A DNA stretch of 64,000 nt from positions 1,088,001-1,152,000 of the forward strand of contig OY761159.2 of NCBI GenBank assembly GCA_963664395.2. Reading direction: 5' to 3'. How positions within the stretch are numbered: the first letter of the stretch is position 1; each line of letters starts with the position of its first letter. Below are positions 57,504 through 64,000 of the stretch, piece by piece. The notes beneath the pieces are model-generated. The model was not told where the DNA came from, did not search any database, and worked only from the letters and a program-made list of their open reading frames with translations. Position numbers and translations under genes: made by a program. This stretch comes from Candidatus Binatia bacterium (GTDB lineage: Bacteria; Desulfobacterota; Binatia; Bin18).

Positions 57504-58571
57504 ATGATCGAACCGTATAATGCCGTTGGCTTGATTCCGACGTTTTGGGGTATCCGCAAGCGTGCGGATATGCAGAAAAATATCGACCATATCCGCAGTC
57601 TGACCAAAGCCGCTTTCTGGCTCTCCAATCTGGATATTCCGGTCCGCCTGCTCGCCATCCCGGAAGGCGCCTTACAGGGATTCAACGACGAAGTCCTGGA
57701 CGTCGATCACACTGAGTTTGCGCAGACCTGCGCGATTGATATCCCCGGTCCGGAGACCGACCAACTCGGCCAACTCGCGCGTGAGTACGGGGTCTTCATT
57801 ATGGCCCAGGCCAAGGCACGGCATGAAGACTGGCCCAAGCTGTTCTTCAATGTCGGCTTTATTCTTGATCCGGATGGTCAGCTTATTCTCAAACACTATA
57901 AGATATCCTCTTTGTTGCCGTGTGAGCGCTCGGTGTCTCCACACGATCTCTTTGATTGGTGGATTGAAAAATATGGCCGAACCTTGGATGCCTTTTGGCC
58001 GGTAGCCGACACGGAGATTGGCCGTCTCGGCATCATGATGGCCATGGAGGGCAACTACCCGGAGAACGGCCGCGGGCTGGCGATGAACGGCGCGGAAGTC
58101 GTCTACCGTGCCTCTTTGCCAGGTCCGTTCACCCAGAACGATGTCTTTGAAATCTCCAACCGTGCCCGGGCACTGGAAAACAATATGTATGTTGTTGCTC
58201 CCAATATTGGGGGCTATCACCTCTACCCGGACAGCGAGACGCCGATTGATGCCGGCAGCGGTCAGTCCATGGTCGTTGACTACAAGGGGACGATAGTTGG
58301 CAAGCAGCGCGACACCAACGGGTCAACCTATGTCAGGGGTGTGATCGACATCCAAGCCTTACGCCACCACCGGGCCAACGCCCAGGTCACGAACTGGCTG
58401 AAGGACGTGCGGGCAGAAATGGCGCAACTCATTTATGAAAAGCCAATCTACCCCAAGAATCGCTATATCGACAAAATCCCCGGAAACCACGCCCAGTACA
58501 AAGAGGAGGTCATCGACCAACAGATTGCCCTGATGCAAGCCCGCGACATTTGGAAAAAGCCGGCGAAGTGA
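57504..58571 (+). CDS. Nitrilase/carbon-nitrogen hydrolase family protein lacking the canonical Cys
   Basis: IPEG, FN..F.LDP.G, HYK, TEIGRLG.MMAMEG.YPE..R.LAMNGAE, RARALEN. Confidence 0.85.
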   Translation: MIEPYNAVGLIPTFWGIRKRADMQKNIDHIRSLTKAAFWLSNLDIPVRLLAIPEGALQGFNDEVLDVDHTEFAQTCAIDIPGPETDQLGQLAREYGVFIMAQAKARHEDWPKLFFNVGFILDPDGQLILKHYKISSLLPCERSVSPHDLFDWWIEKYGRTLDAFWPVADTEIGRLGIMMAMEGNYPENGRGLAMNGAEVVYRASLPGPFTQNDVFEISNRARALENNMYVVAPNIGGYHLYPDSETPIDAGSGQSMVVDYKGTIVGKQRDTNGSTYVRGVIDIQALRHHRANAQVTNWLKDVRAEMAQLIYEKPIYPKNRYIDKIPGNHAQYKEEVIDQQIALMQARDIWKKPAK

Positions 58572-58880
58572 GGGGATAGGAAGTAGGGCGCAGGATGAAC
58601 CATGAAAGATTACCATATTAACGTCTTTTATAGCGAAGAAGACGCGGGCTATATTGCTGATATTCCTGATCTACCCCATTGCGCAGCTTTCGGTAAAAGC
58701 CCGGAAGAAGCCTTGCAAGAAGTGCTCAAAGCAAAAAAAGCGTGGCTAGAGGCCGCCCACGCAAATGCCAAGCCTATCCCAGAACCCCGGTATCGCCCGG
58801 TCATCTCTCAGACAGGCCAATAAGTTCAGCAGATTGCCCTGATGCAAGCCCGCGATATCCAGAAGAAACCGGCGAAGTGA
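58518..58880 (+). repeat. 54-nt diverged direct repeat (58518-58571 / 58827-58880) of the nitrilase 3' end
   Basis: QQIALMQARDIWKKPAK* vs QQIALMQARDIQKKPAK*; 7 mismatches by my count. Confidence 0.9.
58602..58823 (+). CDS. hicB: HicB-family antitoxin (short form, no adjacent HicA)
   Basis: Y.....D.GYIADIPDLP.C.AFG.SPEEAL......AWLE......IPEP. Confidence 0.85.
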   Translation: MKDYHINVFYSEEDAGYIADIPDLPHCAAFGKSPEEALQEVLKAKKAWLEAAHANAKPIPEPRYRPVISQTGQ

Positions 58881-59021
58881 TTGATCGGTTTTCTCCAACT
58901 AAGGACTCAATCTGATCCTTCATAACGGAACCGCATCATCTCGCACGGTCTCAAGAAAAGGGCTGTGGCGAGTTTCAAACCCTTGGGGCGAAATCGGGTA
59001 TAGGGAAATCTAATGATACAT

Positions 59022-60074
59022 CTAATAATGCGCAATAATCTCCCGCGCAAACTCGACAATGCTCTCCTCAACATAGCCCCACGGCGGAGAAATCACCATT
59101 TGGGTCAGACCGACGGCTTCTAATTCTTTGAGGCGCGTAATCACTTCCTCTCGGGTGCCGGTCACACTCATGGCTCGAATCACCTCCGGGGTAATGAACT
59201 CTTCTTCGCCCGGATGCAAAAACCGTGAGTGGGTCACATGAATGTCATCCCAGCGTTCGTCCAGATACGCTCGGTATCGCGGAGTGAGGAACGGCTCAAA
59301 ATAGGCGGGCGCGTTCTTGCCCTGCCGCACGACTTCATACGCATAGTGCAGCCCAACGGCAATACGTGGCCCGACTCGGCTGAGGACCCGAGGACTATTG
59401 AGCGTTTCGCCCGGACGCATTACGCATGCGACGCCAACGGTGACGACCGGATAATCTTTGTGTTGCCCCGATGCTTGCTGCCTGCCCTTGGCCGCTTTGT
59501 CTAATGTCGCCGTCAGTGCGTCGGGGGTAATCGTACTCACCGTAATCAACCCATCACCGAGTTCCCCAGCCAAGGCCAGCGCTTTGGGATAGGAAGCGGC
59601 GAGATAAATCGGGACAGGATCGTTGACGTTAATATATCCGCGCTCGCGGTCGAGGAAACGGATCTGACTGTGACGGCCGCGTTCATGGTATTCAACCGCT
59701 TCGCCGCGCAGCAGTTTTCGACACACATCGATAGTATGCCGGAATGTATCCAAGCGGACGGGCGGCATATTCATAGCGCGCCAGGCAGTGTGGCCGGTCC
59801 CCAGACCCAGGATGGTCCGGCCTGGCGCGAGTTGGTTCACCGTGGCGATCGAGTGGGCAATGACCGGGGCAATACGGGTGCCGGCAATCGCCACCGCTGT
59901 CCCAAGCTGGATGGTGCTCGTATGCTCAGCCGCCAGGGCCATACACGCATACACGTCCGAGGCCAGCATCTGGGTATCGACAAACCACGCGGTGGTGAAG
60001 CCCATTTGTTCGGCCAGCACGGCATGCTTCCAACTGTTTTGAATATGCGACTGAAAACTCACACCAAAGTTCAT
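59022..60074 (-). CDS. LLM-class (Mer-like) oxidoreductase
   Basis: AEQMGF, D.Q, TSTIQLGTAV, APGRTILGLGTG, PIYLAA, AGELGDG. Confidence 0.92.
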   Translation of the reverse strand: MNFGVSFQSHIQNSWKHAVLAEQMGFTTAWFVDTQMLASDVYACMALAAEHTSTIQLGTAVAIAGTRIAPVIAHSIATVNQLAPGRTILGLGTGHTAWRAMNMPPVRLDTFRHTIDVCRKLLRGEAVEYHERGRHSQIRFLDRERGYINVNDPVPIYLAASYPKALALAGELGDGLITVSTITPDALTATLDKAAKGRQQASGQHKDYPVVTVGVACVMRPGETLNSPRVLSRVGPRIAVGLHYAYEVVRQGKNAPAYFEPFLTPRYRAYLDERWDDIHVTHSRFLHPGEEEFITPEVIRAMSVTGTREEVITRLKELEAVGLTQMVISPPWGYVEESIVEFAREIIAHY

Positions 60075-60083
60075 GGCAGGTCC

Positions 60084-60434
60084 TTACCCAATCTCGACGT
60101 CTTCGACAATAAACATTCGAGAGCTGGCAAAGTCCACAAATTTTGCCTCATCCGGGCGAATGATTTCGAGATAGCGCGGCTGGGTAAACGCCTTGCCAAT
60201 ATCCTCCACGCTGTCAAACCACAGCTCGGCGATTCCATCGAACGGGGCATCGTCTGAGGGTGGGAACCCCGGCACGGGAGTGCTGACCGTGTGGCCCTGG
60301 ACATATTTTCGGACGTACTGCCAGAACTCCGGCACACTTCTGACCAGCGGACCGTGATTGTTTTTCCAATAGTCCTGAAACTCAACCGTTGTCATCCCAG
60401 CCTTGCGGCGTGCACACCCAACAAATTTGACCAT
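60084..60434 (-). CDS. EthD family protein
   Basis: RKAGMT..EF..YW...HGPL, YVQ.H, FDGIAELWFDS, DE..F.D. Confidence 0.9.
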   Translation of the reverse strand: MVKFVGCARRKAGMTTVEFQDYWKNNHGPLVRSVPEFWQYVRKYVQGHTVSTPVPGFPPSDDAPFDGIAELWFDSVEDIGKAFTQPRYLEIIRPDEAKFVDFASSRMFIVEDVEIG

Positions 60435-60531
60435 GCGTTACCCTCCTCCATAAAAAATCAGACAAAAATAATCGTTGGCATGGTCCGGTAAATCCTTGTA
60501 AGAGTCAAGCTGTGATCCCGAAGGAGGATGT

Positions 60532-61353
60532 ATGCCCTACGCGAACGATAGCGGAGTCAAGCTGTGGTACGACCTGAACGGAGTTGGCGAGCCGCTGGTT
60601 GTCACCGGCGGTTTCGGCCTGCTGCACGACCAGTTCGCCCATGTCCGTGAGCTGCTCACACCCCACCTTCAAGTGATCGATTGGAATTACCGGGGCGCTG
60701 GACGGTCGGACCGCTCGTGGCCCGGCGGTTATCCTTTTGATCGATGGGTCGATGACCTTGGGGTCATTCTGGATCAGGCCGGTCTCGATGCGGTTCATCT
60801 ATGGGGCACCTCGACCGGCGCACTCCTGAATGTCCGCTTTGCCGCCCGGCATCCCGAGCGTGTCAAAAGCCTTATCACCTATCCTGGGATTTCCTTTAGC
60901 CCCGAGAGCCGCCGCATGTTTCAGGTCTTTCAAGACGTAACCGAAACGTTCGGCTACGAGGCGCTGGGACGTCTGACCCAATGGATAGGCAGCGCCGAGC
61001 ATAACGTATTCGGCGACAGAGCCAATGAAATAGCTCTTTTTGAAATCGAGTCTTTCAAGCGTAATTTCTCCATTCCATCTTTGGCAAAGACGCTGGAAGT
61101 TTTTTCCCACTGTGACCTGTCTGCCGATGTCGCCAAGCTCACTATGCCGGTCCTGGTGTTAATGGGGAACTCTGGCCACCTGGGAGCGGCCACGCCGGGG
61201 CAAACCGCGGCAATCGAGGCTTTTACTACCCTGTGCCCACATGCCGAAGTGACACTCATTGAGAACGGGGGCGGGACCTATCACATGATTGAACAGCCCG
61301 AACAGACGGCTGCCATTGTCGTTGATTTTGTGAACAAACACACAGGAGCCTGA
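60532..61353 (+). CDS. Alpha/beta hydrolase
   Basis: YRGAGRS, GTSTG, RHPERV, C-terminal H; AAGGAGG RBS. Confidence 0.88.
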   Translation: MPYANDSGVKLWYDLNGVGEPLVVTGGFGLLHDQFAHVRELLTPHLQVIDWNYRGAGRSDRSWPGGYPFDRWVDDLGVILDQAGLDAVHLWGTSTGALLNVRFAARHPERVKSLITYPGISFSPESRRMFQVFQDVTETFGYEALGRLTQWIGSAEHNVFGDRANEIALFEIESFKRNFSIPSLAKTLEVFSHCDLSADVAKLTMPVLVLMGNSGHLGAATPGQTAAIEAFTTLCPHAEVTLIENGGGTYHMIEQPEQTAAIVVDFVNKHTGA

Positions 61354-61407
61354 GCGAGGCCAAGAAGGAGGAAGGAGATTTATTATGTGTTGCGTTTGTG
61401 TCACATT

Positions 61408-61674
61408 ATGGACATGAATAAATCAGCCGTCGTACACGCGCGCATAGAGCCCCAAACAAAGAAGCAGGCTGAGGGCGTTCTCCAGCAGCTTGGACTCAGT
61501 CCCACGGAAGCGATTCGGCTCTTCTATCGCCAGATCTGTTTGCGCGGTGGCCTCCCGTTTCCAGTCCTTATTCCTAACAAATTGACGGCCAAGACGCTGA
61601 AGAAAAGTCAGCGGGGAGAGGACGTCGACACATTCGACTCACTGGAGGATATGCTTGAAAGCTGGGAGAAATGA
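61408..61674 (+). CDS. dinJ: RelB/DinJ-family antitoxin
   Basis: V.ARI....K..AE.VL..LGLS.TEAI.LF..QI....GLPF....PN. Confidence 0.9.
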   Translation: MDMNKSAVVHARIEPQTKKQAEGVLQQLGLSPTEAIRLFYRQICLRGGLPFPVLIPNKLTAKTLKKSQRGEDVDTFDSLEDMLESWEK

Positions 61675-61940
61675 AAAAGCTCTCCCAGACAAAGCAATTC
61701 GTGCGGGATATCAAACGAATGCGTCGCCGCGGGAAAGATATTGGCAAGCTCAAGGCCGTAGTGGTCCAGTTGGCCCAAGGGAGGGCTCTTGCTGCAAAAC
61801 ACCGCGCTCATGCACTGACAGGGGTGTGGAAGCATTACCGCGACTGCCACATAGAGCCTGATTGGATTTTGATCTATTCAATGGACAGGAACAGTCTTCG
61901 ACTTGAGCGTACAGGCTCACATAACGACCTTTTCGAATAA
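61671..61940 (+). CDS. yafQ: YafQ-family mRNA interferase toxin
   Basis: F.RD.K, H.LTG.W...RDCHIEPDW.LIY, RTGSH.DLF. ATGA overlap with the antitoxin. Confidence 0.92.
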   Translation: MKKLSQTKQFVRDIKRMRRRGKDIGKLKAVVVQLAQGRALAAKHRAHALTGVWKHYRDCHIEPDWILIYSMDRNSLRLERTGSHNDLFE

Positions 61941-62366
61941 CGGGCGCATCCAACGAATTTGACCATGCGTTCCCCCTCCATCGAGAGTCGGACAAAAATA
62001 ATCGTTGGCATGGTGAGGACGAGGGAACACGTTCACGACTCGACCGCCGGAACCTATCAGAAATCGTTCCAGGCTGATACGTACCCGAAAAATAGGTAGT
62101 ATCTCACTTTGAAATTGCTTCTCCTCGCCACTGATTGCCTGCCCATCTTTTTCGACGCCCGCGTCATTTTTTTTCATTTCCTACCAATTTTGGTAGGGAC
62201 AAGGGCGGCAAATTATATATATAATTCCTTCCTACCAGTGAAGCCAAAACACTGCGGCAGGCGGAGTCAAGGTCCGCCATACGAGAGCGAAATCCAAAGG
62301 ATTCAAACTGAGACACTACCGAAAAATAAGCGTCTTCGTATCGACACTTGGTAATAGGTCTCGTCT

Positions 62367-63689
62367 ATGAAATTGAATATGAAAAGAAGAAAGATTGCTA
62401 TTACCGGCATAGCCTCCGGCGGCAAGACCGTATTCCTGACGTCACTGTTATGGCAGTTGAAGGAATTCAAAAACTCGAAGTTCTATAAAGAAGTAAAGGA
62501 AGTGACAATCAGCAATTTTAGCAACGTTTCGTCGCACGGCGACAAGGAATTTCGGTTCTATAAACATCGGGACGCCTTGGCGAAGGGACGCAAGTGGCCA
62601 GAGAAAACTAATGATATTCATCGGTTTCATTGCGAGTTCGAACGTGGTGATCGGAAGTTGTTTAAGAAGCAGCAACTGAACTTCCTCGACTTTCCCGGCG
62701 AGCGCATTGCCGATGCTGCGATTGCTGCCTATACCGATTTTGATGATTGGTCCGACCACATTTTCGACTGCTTCAGCGATCGCGCAGATTACAGCGAAGC
62801 GACCTGTCAATTCCTGCGGGAGGTCGAGTCCACGGACTTGAGTGCGGATGAAGCTACGCGAGCCTATCGACGGGCGTTGGCACGTTTCGTTTTAGATTAC
62901 AAGCCGCTGATTTCACCATCCGTTTTTCTTTTGGATGAGGAGGGAGATAAAGCTACATATAAATCTTTGGAAGACTTGGCGGAGGAACGAATATGTGGGT
63001 TGGATGAACAGAGTCAGTTTGCGCCATTACCGGAATCGGTGCGCAAGACCAATAGGAAGTTAGCCAAGGAGATGCGTCGACACTACCAGCGTTACCGTAA
63101 AAAGTTGGTCATCCCGCTGTTTCGCGAAGTGGCGAATTCCGACAGCTTGATCGTACTGGTGGACATACCCTCGCTGCTAGTCGGGGGTGTAGAGCGCTAC
63201 AACGACAACCGGCAGATCGTGCTGGACTTGGCTGATGTTGTGGCTGGTACTGCCATCGGCGGGCGGCTTAAGCGGATGTTCGGGTTAAATTCACTGCAGC
63301 GAGTTGCCTTCGTTGCGGCCAAAGCCGACTTGGTCGCGCCGAACGACTTGAAGAATGGTCGCTTGTGTTCCCTGCTTCGAGAAATGACCGAACAGGCGGA
63401 GGATCGGTTACCAGGGAAAGTGGACATCGACTGGTTTGTTTGCAGCGCCTGCCACTCGACTAGGCCCAGCAATGCGGAGAATACGTTGGTTGGCGCACCG
63501 CTGTCGGATAATCCCGAGCGGCTGGAAAAGGAGTTTACGGTTTCGCCGTTGCCGGAGGCTTGGCCGGGCGATTGGGGGGTTCAGGATTACCTGTTCCCCG
63601 AGGTCCATCCTAAGACGGCGCGGAATCTCCAACAACCTCCAGAACACAGAGGACTCGACAAAGTGTTCGACTTCGTCGCGCTTCGTTGA
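62367..63689 (+). CDS. ycjX: YcjX-family P-loop NTPase
   Basis: IAITG...GKT.FLTSL, WP.KT, DFPGE, IVLVD, VAFVAAKAD, P.H..LD.V..F. Confidence 0.8.
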   Translation: MKLNMKRRKIAITGIASGGKTVFLTSLLWQLKEFKNSKFYKEVKEVTISNFSNVSSHGDKEFRFYKHRDALAKGRKWPEKTNDIHRFHCEFERGDRKLFKKQQLNFLDFPGERIADAAIAAYTDFDDWSDHIFDCFSDRADYSEATCQFLREVESTDLSADEATRAYRRALARFVLDYKPLISPSVFLLDEEGDKATYKSLEDLAEERICGLDEQSQFAPLPESVRKTNRKLAKEMRRHYQRYRKKLVIPLFREVANSDSLIVLVDIPSLLVGGVERYNDNRQIVLDLADVVAGTAIGGRLKRMFGLNSLQRVAFVAAKADLVAPNDLKNGRLCSLLREMTEQAEDRLPGKVDIDWFVCSACHSTRPSNAENTLVGAPLSDNPERLEKEFTVSPLPEAWPGDWGVQDYLFPEVHPKTARNLQQPPEHRGLDKVFDFVALR

Positions 63690-63699
63690 AGGAAGGGCC

Positions 63700-64000
63700 A
63701 TGGATACCAAACTTGACAACAAGCCGGAAAACCCGCCACGCGAGGGCGATGATGGGCTTGGCATTCCTCAATCTCGCGTAGAAGGTGCACGGATACTCAC
63801 CGACGCGGAGGGCGAGGGCCACCCGCGCCAGCGTGCTGGAGAACTCCGGCGTGAGTCCGAGAAGAAGCCAAAAGAAGACGTCAATTCAACGATAGCTGCG
63901 CCTGACAACGGGCCGGGAAAGTCTCTACGCGAGGGCGATGATGGGCTTGGCGTTCCTCAATCTCGCGTAGAAGGTGCACGGACGCTCACCCTTGAAGAGA
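63700..64000 (+). CDS. Partial CDS with internal repeat, possibly the YcjF partner (3'-truncated by window edge)
   Basis: RBS plus ATG 10 nt after the ycjX stop, open to the window end. YcjF identity is inferred from synteny only. Confidence 0.55.
   Translation, partial: MDTKLDNKPENPPREGDDGLGIPQSRVEGARILTDAEGEGHPRQRAGELRRESEKKPKEDVNSTIAAPDNGPGKSLREGDDGLGVPQSRVEGARTLTLEE
63738..63990 (+). repeat. 64-nt in-frame direct repeat (63738-63801 / 63927-63990), period 189 nt
   Basis: REGDDGLGIPQSRVEGARILT vs REGDDGLGVPQSRVEGARTLT. Confidence 0.9.

Larger units (their letters stand above)
60409..62014. repeat. ~75-nt diverged direct repeat (60409-60484 / 61941-62014) of the ethD 5' end and leader
   Basis: Both copies encode MVKFVGCAR on the minus strand and share gacaaaaataatcgttggcatggt. 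Confidence 0.9.

Noticed and set aside
63738-63990. 64-nt direct repeat as a CRISPR or attachment site
   Set aside because: Only two copies, in frame within an ORF at a 63-codon period. It is a protein-level repeat.

Overview
64 kb of GC-rich bacterial chromosome densely packed with paralogous catabolic enzymes: 3 Rieske oxygenase alpha subunits, 4 intact LLM flavin/F420 oxidoreductases plus 2 remnants, 4 class III CoA-transferases, 4 amidohydrolases, 2 amidases, SDRs, alpha/beta hydrolases, a thiolase, an acyl-CoA dehydrogenase and an HpaB-like monooxygenase. This content is reminiscent of Ca. Binatia/Tectomicrobia-type genomes (inference only). Small, more AT-rich defence or toxin-antitoxin cassettes are interspersed: MNT-HEPN; a cyclase-like gene plus an MmeI-like type IIL RM enzyme; a REP-bounded MTase/endonuclease pair; an AAA-ATPase/TOPRIM pair; HicB; DinJ-YafQ; and ycjX. 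Top observations: (1) an AhpD/CMD gene split by an in-frame UGA that forms CxxU and is followed by a SECIS-like hairpin, probably an unannotated selenoprotein; (2) two TA-bearing inserts, each bounded by a short second copy of the neighbouring gene's end that differs almost only at synonymous sites; (3) an uncharacterised ~110-aa protein coupled twice to one Rieske subfamily; (4) a nitrilase-family protein lacking its catalytic Cys; (5) recurrent 9-nt tandem duplications. I saw no rRNA, tRNA, CRISPR array, transposase or integrase. All family calls come from recognising motifs by eye, not from database searches.
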